NCBI GenBank assembly: GCA_964016885.1
Contig: OZ024740.1
Coordinates: forward strand, 190,030,001-190,094,000
Source of the DNA: Eledone cirrhosa
Lineage: Eukaryota
Length of the DNA stretch: 64,000 nucleotides
Direction of reading: 5' to 3'
Shown here: one piece after another, positions 27,861 to 40,955 of the stretch
Layout: the number at the start of each line of letters is the position of its first letter
Position numbering within the stretch: position 1 is the first letter of the stretch
Position numbers and translations under genes: made by a program
Notes under the pieces: model-generated
Told to the model about the DNA's origin: nothing
What the model saw: the letters and a program-made list of their open reading frames with translations, nothing else
Databases searched by the model: none

Positions 27861-28170
27861 ACAAGCTGAAGCATATAGACAATATGCCCCCACACCCTCC
27901 CACTGCAAGGTGATCTTGGAGGTGCCACGGCAAAAAAGCACCAAGCCCACACTGTAAAGTGGACGTGTAGGCGCCACGGAAAAACACCCAGCACTCACTG
28001 TAAATGAGGTTGGTGTTAGGAAAGGCATCCAGCTGTAGATATCAAGCCAAAATCAGTTCCTATATGAGCAAGGCATGGTCAGCCGACCAGACACTTCCCA
28101 CAACAGGACAACCCGTCTAACCCATGCTAGCATGGAAGAACGGACGTAAAACGGTGATGATGATGATGAT
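24838..28170 (+). mobile_element. RTE-clade LINE, near full length, inactivated
   Basis: Single APE-RT ORF in pieces: LRVGIINVSTM..CVQETRW, SAYAPQ, AGDFNGHVG, SQID, NYRGIKL, FVDLEKAFDRV, GVHQGSVLSPLLF, LYADDL. The 3'UTR ends CGGACGTAAAACGGT(GAT)n. Confidence 0.95.
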
Positions 28171-28473
28171 CCTATATATATATATATATACACTCTCCAC
28201 TGCGGTCAGCCAAATTTACAACAACTGGCCCTCTTGATCGCTTTTGATTCAAAAATCTATTTCCTCTGTTTTTATTTAATCTGCTTTCTCTAATGATAGG
28301 CTCTTGGATGATGTTTACTGTTATTCCTTTATCATATAACTTTTATGCAATATAAACCTGATGAAGTCACCAGGAACCTACGTAGCCTTGCCACTTAAAT
28401 GTGCATAATTTTTGGTGGAAAGAGGTCTTCGAAGGAAATTCACCAGTCCGGCCTCCTCTTATTGTACTCAATA

Positions 28474-28519
<46 letters not shown>

Positions 28520-28520
28520 A

Positions 28521-28613
<93 letters not shown>

Positions 28614-29005
28614 GTATGTATAGTATATTTGGCAATATACAGTATGTTAAATTAAAAGAATTAAGAAGACTATACGCTAACATATTTAAAGTACTGTCTA
28701 TGTCACTTACCTCTTTTTGGCAAAAGAATGGAGTGAAGCTGACACTCTGTTTCATGCTGGTTGGCGTTCATCAGAGCCAAGTACTCCCCTGTGTTCACCG
28801 AAATTATAGAAGCTTGATTCTTACATAATTCCAGTAATAATCAGGAGCTGATTATACCGAGCGATTGCCGGTCCAGCAAAAATTAGGCATTTCGTTTGGT
28901 GCTCTGAAATACTTCTTATTGTATATTGCCAAATATACTATACATACATGTATACCTCGCTACTTCAGTGCATCAATCCTAATATATATATATATATATA
29001 TATAT

Positions 29006-29056
<51 letters not shown>

Positions 29057-30275
29057 TTTGTTATGCTACCTTCTCGCAAACACTTGCGTAACCAAAATGG
29101 GATCGAAGGAATGTTACTTGTTTATTGAAACTATTTCATGCCCATTTCTGAATGAACCAGATTATACATACGTACATATATACATATATAACCAACACAA
29201 TTACACACGCACTCATACATGCACGCATAACTTCACGCATCACACGTGCGCGCTGACAAACATTCATATATGTATATAAGCATGTACACATAGTGTGTTT
29301 GTATCTGCGGATGTGTACATTTATCACGCAGGCAACAATGCATTAGCCATCAACATAATAACATTAACATTATTTTATTGAAATTCAGTTTGCCAGAACT
29401 ACGGAGTTCTCTTATTGACATGCAAATCTCTACGCAGGAGAATGTCTGTACAGATACTATATAGATATTATCGTGCATGTCAAGTTATCTTTTGTAACCT
29501 TATTCTGTTGTAACGTAACAGAATATCGATTTCTGAAAATAGGAAAAATCTGCAAATTTGCAGGGAATCGTTTCCAGCATATGTCGGCTAGTTATTTTAT
29601 CTATCAACCTCGGTAAGATGAAAGGCACAGTCATGCCAGGTGAGATTCCTTTTAAGGAATGAATGTCGTAATTATATTAAATACACTAATGCTTATATAA
29701 AAGTGATTTACACTTTCGTAAATGTCACGAGGTTCGCCAATACCGAGTAGTGGTGGTATATAATAGATGCCCCAAACCACGAATTTGATCCCAGTAATTG
29801 ACTATACAAGATCTGAGATAGACTATCACTCTCCATGTATGTCGTTGCATAATTATAGATGGTGTCCTCCGCCTTTGTCAATTATTTTAGGCAATCGTCG
29901 TCAAATCTGTTAACATTTTTAGATTGCGTATAATACAACATATCCAACACATCTTTGATAAACATCTTGACATGTATGTACAGTTGAAATTCAAACAGAG
30001 TTAGCTTTTATATATTGTATTTCCATCTTCATGTACACATTTTAAAGTATGATATTGTATCAACCTATTTTATTCAAAGAAATATTGTATTTCGTATATG
30101 AAAATTTAGTTTTTGTAACCCTATGATTCTGACGTCTCGTACTGTCAGCTTGCTTTCCTGAGAGAAATAAGTTAATCTTACATTTGCTTGGGGAATAATC
30201 ACCTGCCGCCATGCTATTTCCTTAAGTAGATGAGATCATAGAAACTACTAGAAATTCATGAATAACATTGATAAA

Positions 30276-31872
30276 GATTGACAGTATCGGTAGCGGGTCG
30301 GACGCCATGCTTTGCAGCAAAGAGTTACGGCCCTTTAGGGTCTAAGTTCAAATCCTGCTGAGATTAACTTTGCCTTTCATCCCTACGGGGTCGATAAAAT
30401 AAAGTACCAGTAATACACTGGAATAATTGCTGGCCTTGTGCCAAAAGTAGAAACAATTATTAATGACCATTCTCATTAATAAAATGTAAAACATCCATTG
30501 ATATTGTAGGATGTAACATTTTTACAACGTCCTGTATCATTTGATATCTGATCATTTGTATCGTCCTGTATCTGATCATTTGTATCCCGAATATTATATC
30601 GTACTTATACTCAATAATGTTGAAGCTTACATCCATCAAACCATAATTCCGATGCAATTAATGATACTTTTCTGATACAATATTTATCGGGAATAAGCAA
30701 AATGTTTTTCATTCTTTATTTGTGCCTATGAATTAGCAGTATCCGTAGAGCGTCGGATACAAATCTTCACGACATAGAGTCACTCCCCTTTACATTCTCA
30801 ATTGAATTCAATTAACGATGTCGTTAACTTTGCCCTTGATCCTTACTGGCTCGAAAAAACAAAGTACCTGTAACAGGCTTTAATTATTTTAATCGTGTTT
30901 CAGCTCACCCAGGGCTGTTGGCCTTGTGCCTAAAATTAGAATTCATTATTTATTTATAGGTAGAGAGTCGGACGCCATGCTTTCCAGCATAGTTACGTCC
31001 CTTTACGATCTGAGCCCAAATCCCGCCGAGGTTAACTTTGCCTTTCATCCTTACGGGGTCGATAAAATAAAGTACCAGTAATGTACTGGATAATTGCTGG
31101 CCTTGTGCCAAATGTAGAAACAATTATTTATTGATAGGGCAGTGGCGGTGGATTGGCAGTATTGGTAGAGGGTCGGACGCCATGCTTTGACGTATAGAGT
31201 TACGGCCCTTGCCATTCTGAGTTCAAATCCCGCCGAAGTTAACTTTGCCTTTCATCCTTACGGGGTCGATAAAATAAAGTACCAGTAATACACTGGGTAA
31301 TTGCTGTCCTTGTGCCTAACGTAGAAACAATTATTTATTGGCAGTATCAGTAGAGGGTCAGACGCTATGCATTGACGCATAGAGTTACGGCCCTTGCCAT
31401 TCTGAATTCAAATCCCGCCGACGTTAACTTTGCCATTCATCCTTACGGGGTCGATAAAATAAAGTACCAGTAATGCACTGGGTAATTGCTGGCCTTGTGC
31501 TAAAAGTAGAAACAATTATTTATTTGTGTCCTATACGTAACTTTACGTTCTTAGGTCAAAGCCGGTCGTTGCTTGCTTCGACTACCATTCTTAAGTGGTT
31601 TATAAAGTAAAGTATCAGCAATGCACTGGTGTAGATTTAATCGACTTTCCATTCGAGCTGAAATTGCTAGCCTTGTGCATAAATCATAAACCATTATTCA
31701 TTTGTGTCCCATCGACCTTTTACGTTCTCACTTCAAATCCGTCGAGGTTGAATTTGTATTTCATCCTTACGGCGTCGATATAATAATGTACCAGTATCGC
31801 ACTGCTGTCGATTTAATTGATTTCCTCCAACCCAAGATTGTTGGCTTTGTATCTAAATCAGCGACCGTTAAT
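30276..31872 (+). mobile_element. Cluster/tandem array of about 7 SINE family S copies
   Basis: Copies at about 30276-30461, 30730-30950, 30957-31127, 31142-31335 (full length), 31337-31520, 31525-31700 and 31703-31872, all in the same orientation. Confidence 0.9.
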
Positions 31873-32879
31873 TGTTTGCGTTCTTTTATACCCTAACTGG
31901 ATATAAAAGAACTTTCGAGGCTGAATACAATTTTCATCTTTTAAATTTAGTACTCGTCAGAATTTGCGAGAATATAATAAAGTGAAAATTGATTATGGAA
32001 TCAAATGTGATATAATATATATTCGTGGAAGCGATATGTTTATGATCATGCTGCTGAACACAGCATGCACCTTTGTTCACATTTCATACGATGTAGATTG
32101 TACTTGAATATATCCCAGAAATTGAGAATATATGCTTTATTTTGGAGTAATTACTACCGTACGAGGATATTTCTTCCCTTCGTCCATAAGATTCATATTT
32201 AACACGGCTACTTTGATCGCTGCCTGTATATAGTTGTTTACTTAATGTTATGGAATTGCTAGAGCTGTGTAAGTTGTAATGGTAAAGAATTACTTCAATC
32301 ATTTAATCATTCAGACATACATATCTGTAACGGAATCATATTAGCAAAATGTCCACACACAATTACACAAAGGGTTTATTTCTACAATAACATTAAGTTA
32401 AGGCGATTGTAATTAGTTAATTTCTCATGTGTACAATAGCATATTTAATACTAGGAAGGTTTTAGATATTGCTAACTAAATCGCCGTTTCATAAATTAAT
32501 ACTACACACTCCAGTAATTATGTGCGAGTTATGAATGTGCTGATGGGCTGTTGACGGTTTTATGTGTCACTAATATTGTAATAACCGGTCCTAAAGCTGA
32601 GATCGTGCATTTATGTATGTTAGGCTTTGCAGCCATAAACTCGATGTGAGATTATGCCCACGTCAATTTTAGGACATATAAACTGTTATTGATATTACAT
32701 AGATCTTATTTGGTAGATCATTGATTTGATTGGAATTATTTATACAATGGAATAAATTTGTTCTTCCCCCAAATACAAACACCCCCCCCCCCCACACACA
32801 CACACGCATGCACACACGTGTGTGTGTGTGCATGTGTGTGTGTGTATGTATAATGTATATGCATATATATCATTTAATC

Positions 32880-33070
32880 AGGGTTTTGGTTTTTGCGATA
32901 TGAAATGTTTCCTTCCCTCAACCCCAGAAAAAAACATAGCAGGGCGTTAAGTCAGGGATTCTTACTGGCCTTTCATGTGGTTCACGATGACCCAAACCAA
33001 CGTCCTGGAAATAAGAGATCAAGCTACACACGAACAGTGGGTGCGAAAAGAGAGACCCATCTTACATAAA
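32880..33070 (-). pseudogene. Tc1/mariner-superfamily transposase remnant
   Basis: Translation QDG..H..VRV.LD.LFPGRWFG..ERPVRIPDLTPCYVFFWG*GK matches the QQDGAPPH..FP.RWIG..WPPRSPDL.PCDFFLWG signature. Confidence 0.7.
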
Positions 33071-33163
33071 TATGTGATCGATCTTTTCAGAAAGTGTTAC
33101 AACAATCAGAAATCTATGAGTCATTTTCAATTAGGCATTTCCTTACACTCACCTTTAATCCCC

Positions 33164-33221
<58 letters not shown>

Positions 33222-33683
33222 AAATTGACAAGTATCTCCCTTATCATATCATCTCTTCATACCATTTCCCTCACGTTCGCTATGCCATTATTATTGTTGT
33301 TTTCATTTATATTATTCTCCCATGTATCTATAAATACTAGCGCACACTATCATGTACACAAATCAGTATTCCGACGATTTGATCGTGTATCAACTGTAAT
33401 TAAATTCGAGTGACGTAACCTCTAATGATCAGTGACTTTTAGAGACACCGGACTAATGAAACAATTGTTAATACTTTTAAAAAAAACGATTGTACCACCG
33501 ACCATTTCTTTCATCATTTTTTACTATTATTACTCCAAGAGCCGCCTGACTAGGACATTTGTTAAACCGGCCACTCGACTAAGGAAACATCTTGTCGAGT
33601 CAACCAACGTGGAACGTTAAAACTATCCTCGATATAGAGTATTCATAACCTCAGCTGGATTACATTAAATGATATCTTATTAT

Positions 33684-33758
<75 letters not shown>

Positions 33759-33879
33759 TACAAGTTTCAAGAATTGTTAGATAAAATATATACAGTATTT
33801 CCTCTCCCTAGTCCGTATAGATAAACCACATAGATAATTATTTAAACGAGGCATAAGATTAAAATGTAACTATGAAGAA

Positions 33880-34030
33880 ACAATTGTTTCTACTTTAGGC
33901 ACAAGGCCAGCAAAATCCCCAGTTCATTACTGGTACTTTATTTTATCGACCCCGTAAGGATGAAAGGCAAAGTCAACCTCGGCGGGATTTGAACTCAGAT
34001 CGTAAAGGGAGGTAACTATGCTGGAATAAT
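33880..34030 (-). mobile_element. SINE family S
   Basis: Reverse complement of the family, including the B box. Confidence 0.85.
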
Positions 34031-34585
34031 GGACTAATGATACAGACTATCTTCCGTGCGGGACAGCCAGATCAAATTTACCTAGTTTTTTCTTTTAGCC
34101 CGTAGAAGTTAACTAGACAAATAATCAACTCCACGGAGTTAGGTATAACATAGACGTTTGAAGAAAAAATGCATATAAACTTTACCAAACTTCCTCTAGT
34201 CTCGACATCCGGTAGTTTTGTACCTTCTCTGTGGATATACCCGATTTTTGATTTATCCACGAAGCTTGGGACACGACAAGAGACGCCCCGAGTCTGTACT
34301 AAAGTTTGTAACATAATCCCCGCCATAAATGAATTAAAACATGCTAAGAACTATCATGTGGCTAGAGGTCAAGGTAGAAATGTGTGATCGGTTGCCTGTT
34401 GGCGAGTATGCTGGTTGCTAGAAAGCGCAGCCAGATACTGCCTAAAGTTTTACTCAACCTTACAAGAGTATATATTAAATTCAAAGGGATATAAGTATAT
34501 AATTAGACATAGTCACAGATACATATATGAGTTTGGCTACCTTTCACGGTGTGGCTCAATGAATATATATATATATATTTATATA

Positions 34586-34633
<48 letters not shown>

Positions 34634-35090
34634 CATATATATATATATCAAAAGTACAGGATATCTCAAAACGCGAACGAAGCCCCAAAGTCGGGACATA
34701 ATCGTGGTAATAGTGTTCGCATTTCTTCTAACTTTAAATTCATACATAATTGTGTATTGTTGACGATACATTTAGTCGATTTCTACATGCTGTTGAAATG
34801 TTGGGTAAATATTCTGTTGCGGTCGGCCGCGAAGAGGCTGCTATAGTTTATTTATCAAATATTTCTTCATAGGAGCCTTTATTCTTATAGCCTCGTCTAA
34901 TTGGATTTTTATGTGATTAATCATGCTAATTGGGAGAGGAAATGGTGTATATATTTTATCAAATGATTCTATTCACAAACTTTTGATATATTGCTCTGAT
35001 TATTTAATATATTAATTCTTCATTGTGCCACATCGTGAATGGTTGCCACATATATATCGGTGACTTTGTTTAGTTTGTATATATGTAAAT

Positions 35091-35132
<42 letters not shown>

Positions 35133-35136
<4 letters not shown>

Positions 35137-36570
35137 AAAAATTGAACGGGAACAAAACAGAGAGGCAGTACGAACAAGGGTTTATTAGTTTCACGCTCTT
35201 GAGAGTGGGGTGGCGGTGGGGAACGACGTTTCGGGCATAAGCCCTTCTTAAGGTGAAAAGTGTGTGGGAAGAGAGTTCCAAGGGTGTGTAGGGGAGTGGT
35301 GGAGAGACATTTATAAAAAAAGGGGTGAGAGGAAACGGTACAAATGAAATTAAATATAAAATCATGATAAACATAAAAATAAAAATACACATGAAGTAAA
35401 ACTGGTGGTGGAAGGGTGTGGGACGTGTAGGGGTGGTGACGGGTGGAGTGGGGAGAGGTAGGTGGGGGTGTCCGAGCGGGGAGGGCTGAAAGTGGTGTGT
35501 GTGTGTAGGTCTACGTGTGTGTGTGTGTGTGTATGTATGTGAAAGTAAGAGTTGGGGGAAGAACGGGGTTGCATATTCAGGAAGAGGTGTGTGTGGGGTG
35601 GGATGTAGGTCGGAGTGTGTGTGCGTGTGTGGATAGAGGGGTGGGGGAGAGGATTTGGGAGGCTGAATGTGTAAATATGTGGTGGTACGCACGTGTGTGT
35701 GTGGTGTTTATGCGTGTTGTGGATGTAGGTGGCGTGTGGGGAAAAAAAATTAGGGGGAAGGGTGTATGTCAGTGGATGAGTCCTTAAGGTAGTTCCGTAC
35801 ACGATGTGGTGGAATACTGAGTAATATCCTTGGGATGTGGTTGATTCTAGGGATCGAGGTTCACATATGTGTAATCCATGAAGAGATTGGTCGGAAGAGG
35901 GGAGATGTGGGGTGCGCGCGCAACAGGAAGTGGTCAGAGGATCAAGGCAGGAGGAGGGTTATGTGTCTGTGTGTGCGGGGAGGTGGTCAGAGATAAGGGC
36001 ATAGCAGCAGTTGGGTAGAATGGTAAGTGAAGAAAGTCGATGTGTCAGTGTTTGCGGAGGTGCGGTGGACAGGGGAGAGGATGGGTAGGTGTGAAAGTTG
36101 GAGTGAGGAGGGTGTGTGTATTAGTAGAGGTGTTAGTGGGATGTGTGTGTGAGAGAGAAAGGGTGAGGGTGGAGCGGGGAGAGAAGGGTGTGGGGGACGA
36201 TGTAGGGAGTGTAGTGTACTGGTGTGTATGTGTGGTGAAGGGGGTGTTAGTGGGTGTTAGTATACTGGAGGTGGAGAAAGGGTTGAATGCGGGTGTGAAT
36301 GGGGGTCAGTGGTGGTAGGGTGTGTAGAGTGGGTGGTGTAAGAGGGTGTGTGTGTTCGTGTGCGTAGGGTTGGGGGTGTTAGTGATGTTAGTTGCGTGTA
36401 GAGTGGGTGGTGTAAGTGGGTGTGTGTGTTCGTGTGCTTGGAGTAGGGGGGTGTTAGTGATGTTAGTTGCGGGGTGGTGGGTGGATGTGTGGGGGTGAGG
36501 GTTAGTGGTGGTAGTAGGGTGTGTGTTTAGTGTGAGCGCATGTATATATGTACCGGTGGGTGTGTGCGTG
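35133..36570 (-). mobile_element. Penelope-like element remnant between (TA)n tracts, CA-rich on its sense strand
   Basis: Minus-strand end CTTAAGAAGGGC-TTAT-GCCCGAAACGTC (variant of the Penelope hammerhead end) followed by AATAAA. HTLGTLFPH and LPVAR..SLHGLHIC resemble a GIY-YIG C-terminus. Internal ~74-bp tandem duplication at 36322-36470. Confidence 0.6.
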
Positions 36571-36601
36571 ATATATATATATATATATTTATATATATTA
36601 T

Positions 36602-36731
36602 ATAATTCAAGAAAGAAGATTGATATGGTTCGCTGTATAATACGGTCTTTATTCACATTGCTGACAATTGTTGTCCGCAATGCGAATACACCCCTTATTG
36701 TATAGCGAACCATATCAACTTCTTGAATTAT
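36602..36731. repeat. 130-bp imperfect hairpin
   Basis: ATAATTCAAGAA..TTGATATGGTTCGCTGTATAATA..CATTGCTGACAA-TTG-TTGTCCGCAATG..TATTGTATAGCGAACCATATCAA..TTCTTGAATTAT. Confidence 0.9.
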
Positions 36732-36825
36732 TATTACTCCAAGTATTAACTACATAGAAACCACCGCGAACTCGCAGCATCACGATGCACACGTCTTATT
36801 GTGTCAAACTAAGTCACACGTTAAT

Positions 36826-36901
36826 ACTATCCACTAGAATAACTACACCAACTGGACTACATCTAAGTGGTGGACTGCCATAAAGATAACCTGTTATCCC
36901 G

Positions 36902-36996
<95 letters not shown>

Positions 36997-37064
36997 CAGG
37001 TTATCTTTATGGCAGTCCACCACTTAGATGTAGTCCAGTTGGTGTAGTTATTCTAGTGGATAGT
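36826..37064. repeat. 72-bp perfect inverted repeat around (CT)n(TA)n
   Basis: 36826-36897 is the reverse complement of 36993-37064. The right copy is flanked by (TA)n on both sides. Confidence 0.95.
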
Positions 37065-37099
<35 letters not shown>

Positions 37100-37239
37100 T
37101 ATTAGTTTTGCGGTCAGTCAATGGCAACATTGAGGACCGATATAAAAGACAGCGAGAAGCGAAAACCAACCAAACAGTGAGTGTGTTCTGTTATTAATTC
37201 TGGCAATATTACACAAATATGACCCTCCCCAAGTATAAC

Positions 37240-37310
<71 letters not shown>

Positions 37311-37378
37311 CGTAAAATAAGAAAATATTCTTTAAAAAAATCTTTCAAAAAAATGTTTACTTACTTACTTAAATTTTC

Positions 37379-37460
37379 ACTCCAACTAATTAGTTTCTGC
37401 AATGGGATAAAGACAGTTACGTAATCCAACTGTCGAGAATTCATTGCGTCATCAGGGAGT
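37379..37460 (-). ncRNA. Type I hammerhead ribozyme (Penelope-like)
   Basis: Minus strand reads ACTCC-CTGATGA-C-GCAATG..GACAGTT..AACTGTC..CATTGC-A-GAAA-CTAATTAG-TT-GGAGT: 5-bp stem I, two-part stem II, palindromic stem III, GUU cleavage triplet. Confidence 0.7.
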
Positions 37461-37551
37461 CTATTCTCAGCTGGGTCTCCAGACAATGCGCGGACACTGG
37501 CGGCTCATATAAAAATAATAATAATTCAGTAGAAAGAACAGCTGGCATATA

Positions 37552-37673
<122 letters not shown>

Positions 37674-37801
37674 AGACAAACCACAGCAGAGACTCAAAAG
37701 CTGCATCACTATTTTACTTTTGATAATCATAAGAACTGCGAAACCAGTAAAGTAAATAAATATATTCTTAAAATACTGCAATTACATTTCCAATATATTT
37801 C

Positions 37802-37864
<63 letters not shown>

Positions 37865-37871
37865 ATGCGAT

Positions 37872-37910
<39 letters not shown>

Positions 37911-38199
37911 GTTGTGTAAATTTATATATGTAACTGTATGAGTATGCATGTGAACGTGTTGGTGAAAATGGTCTCCTGTAAGTTTTGCTAGTATCAGTAT
38001 CTTATGAATTATCCTCTATCTTGGACAGAAGACAGGAATAGAGAGGAAATCATCAAGATGTGAAAACAAATGTATATAATCAATAATTACACGTTAGATA
38101 TATCCTGAACTCATATACACTTAAACACGAACAACGGATACCAGAAAATATTGATTTGAACTACATTGCGCACACCGACAATTCATAAACGTAATTCTC

Positions 38200-38370
38200 T
38201 TTGACAAATATGAAGTGAAATTTGCGTATGAGTGGTATGGATTCCATCTAACCCACAAATTTCTTTCAAAACAATCCCGTTAAATTGATATAATAACTCA
38301 ATAATAGTTTCTATCTTTGGGTTCCAATACAATCCAGGGCATCCTCTCTCCTTTTGGAGGAACTCCACCT
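38200..38370 (-). pseudogene. Penelope-like RT remnant
   Basis: IETIIELLYQFNGIVLKEICGLDG resembles I.ELL..F.FNG..Y.Q..G..MG. Confidence 0.35.
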
Positions 38371-38699
38371 TCTGTTTGGTTTGGTTACGTCAAATGTGTA
38401 GCCACACTCATCCTGCTTGACGAATTGCGTCTTGGTGAGGCTATATAACCCACATTTGGATTTTATCCTCCCTTTCAACAGCTCTTGAATTTTGTGTTTC
38501 TTACCCTCCTCATCTTACCAGGATCTGTTCGGGGAACCCGCTTGGTCGGCGTCCATTCGACCACGAATGAAGTATCGCAGGGTTACATGATACCAGTAGT
38601 AGATAGAAAACTAGAAATATTTGAATATGTTTTATCAACTAGTACATTTGGTGGTATAAACCTAATCTCCAAATAATTAAATCGCTCTCCTAATACTTG

Positions 38700-39040
38700 A
38701 AAACATTTAGTTTTCTCATCTGTCTTCTGTAATATGCTGTTAAGAATCAACAGTTTAGCTTATTATCTCTGTATAATTATATTACGACTTGCATAGTTTT
38801 AGGAAAATATAATCCACTTTAAACTCTAATCTTATCTTATTAAGTTGATTTGCACAATGCATCACTGTTGCCCTGTTAATTTATGGAACAGAAGTTAGCA
38901 CTTTCGTCCAAATGCAATCTCAACCGATACACTGGCATCTCACATATTTTGTTTTCATACGTACACAACAGACTTAGCCATCTCAGCCACTGCATCTACT
39001 CGATCAAATGAAAACTATTGTGCCAAACATTGAAGTCTCA
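38700..39040 (-). pseudogene. hAT (Charlie/Buster-like) transposase fossil
   Basis: LRLHLDESANF resembles FSLQLDESTD and HITEDR* resembles HTEVRW, in the right order. Confidence 0.4.
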
Positions 39041-40344
39041 TTTTTCGGAAAAACATAGCTCACATCAAACTCGATGTTATTTCAGGGGAGCTAAATAGCA
39101 GCCTTAATTTCACAACGAGAGAAAAAAGAATTTTACACGAACTTACAACTTCTAAACAAGTCGAAAAACCCCAAGTATATCATATACATATGTTGTACAT
39201 TGGAATGTTAAAACGCTTACATGATAGTTGGATCACTCGCAGTTGTGCTCCGGCAGTAATCATTAATGTTATTACATAAAAAATATAAAGGTAAACACCT
39301 TTTCAAACAATCAGATAGCCACTAAGTCTTCGTTGGACAGATAGAGTTACACTCAAAATTCATTTCATCCAAGAAACAAAAATGGATAAATACATTACTG
39401 ATACAAATCGAATCTGTTTTAGTCGTTATCTGTTCGTTTAAATAAAACTCATCATTCAATTTCTGGTCGTTATAATTGGCAAACTGATATGTTTTAAATA
39501 GATATTGAAATATTCTAAACCGGAAAAACAATAGAGAAAATGTTATAAAAGTATATTGCAAGTACACTCTTCCGATTCTTGTGTAAATAACAGCAAGTAT
39601 CCCGTTGAAAATTGTTATATCGAGTATAAATAGGAATTCATTCTATGTATGTTAAAGTTTTAATTTTAACAGATATATGCGTGTCCTCTGATTCACCATA
39701 CAGCCAGACATATGCTTGTGAAGATTAAAGCATATTGCTGTGATGTTTGACTGCATATAAATAACTAGCTACAACTACAAATGGAAGCCATATATCACAT
39801 TTAATTTATCATAAACTTGCGTTGTACATTAAACTATAATATATAATTGAATAATTCATTTTTTTAAATATTGTAGGTCTGTTATTTCATACAATGTGAT
39901 ACCAAACGTTCATAGTAATAAAGGGTCATTTGTCTAACATTTCAAATATTTTAGTTTCCTTCCGCAAATACACCTGTGGTCGAATATTATTTTCATCGCC
40001 TCATAGAACAAATACTTGAAACAGTTTGGACTAATTAAAAGTGTTGAACTACATCCCAATACAAACTTTGCTTTTTTATCTTTATTTCATATAATGATTA
40101 ATATAATATTTCAAAGCCACATATTATATAATAGACTGTCCGCATTACGTTAATATCAAAATACAAATGAAAGGAAGGAATATGATAACCATCATGAGGT
40201 TTTCATGGTTTCATTCATTAACACAATTGAAAATTATATGATATTAAATGTCAATATCTCTATCAATACTATTATAGAATATATTCCTAATACACCATTA
40301 ATGTGAAGGTTACAGTACGCGAGAGATATGTATCTTAAAATGTC

Positions 40345-40460
40345 AAAACATCAGGATTGTTAGCTCGTTCTGGGTAGTTTCCATACAGAGGCTTTTCTTG
40401 CCATTTCTTAGCCAGTTTCTGTAGCAGTTCTTTCTTTGCAGTTACTTTTACCTACTTTGC

Positions 40461-40462
<2 letters not shown>
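40345..40462 (-). mobile_element. R4/Dong-like family B internal fragment
   Basis: Translation KVTAKKELLQKLAKKWQEKPLYGNYPERANNPDV is the region just upstream of THQWL..ETEG seen near 56150. It abuts (ATT)n. Confidence 0.6.

Positions 40463-40502
<40 letters not shown>
40462..40502. repeat. (ATT)n target tract
   Basis: Same-polarity tracts also occur at 46549, 47296, 48174, 49382, 55566, 56166, 57870 and 59469. Confidence 0.98.
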
Positions 40503-40720
40503 GAATGCTATGGTTGACGGAGGCTTGGCTCTGTAAGGTATTGTAAATTTTGAATGCTATAACAATTGTAAATTGTTTAAAACTTTTACCAACTTGTAGA
40601 CAAAAACACCCTCCTCCTCGTGAGAGGGGTCTTTCTGCCCGTTATTTGACCCTTCGGGGTTAAATAGCTGCTTATTGGGGTTTTGTGTCCAATATTTATA
40701 TTAAACAAAAAAAAAAAAAC

Positions 40721-40909
40721 ATGGCTACGAAAAATAATTTTCATAGGTCACTCCCACTCATTCCGTCTTCTTCTTCCTCAATCCTCACTACAGCAGAGAG
40801 AAGATTGTCTCTCTCCCTCCCTACTTTAAATGTGTCTCTCTCCCTCCCTTCTCTTTCGCAAGCGACGACAGAAAAGAAAAGTTTCGTGCAAAGCGTGCAA
40901 GATTTCTCC

Positions 40910-40955
<46 letters not shown>

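Noticed and set aside
30276-31872. Repeat array resembling CRISPR or a tRNA cluster
   Set aside because: Units are 150-220-bp SINE copies with no unique spacers, no cas genes and no full cloverleaf, in a eukaryotic context.
40503-40600. HDV-like ribozyme at the Tx1 5' ends (also 59511-59560)
   Set aside because: Small hairpins exist, but I could not build the nested double pseudoknot by eye.
40685-40720. GTG start extending ORF1 to 717 aa
   Set aside because: This is a eukaryotic element, and the ATG at 40721 in A-rich context is the plausible start.
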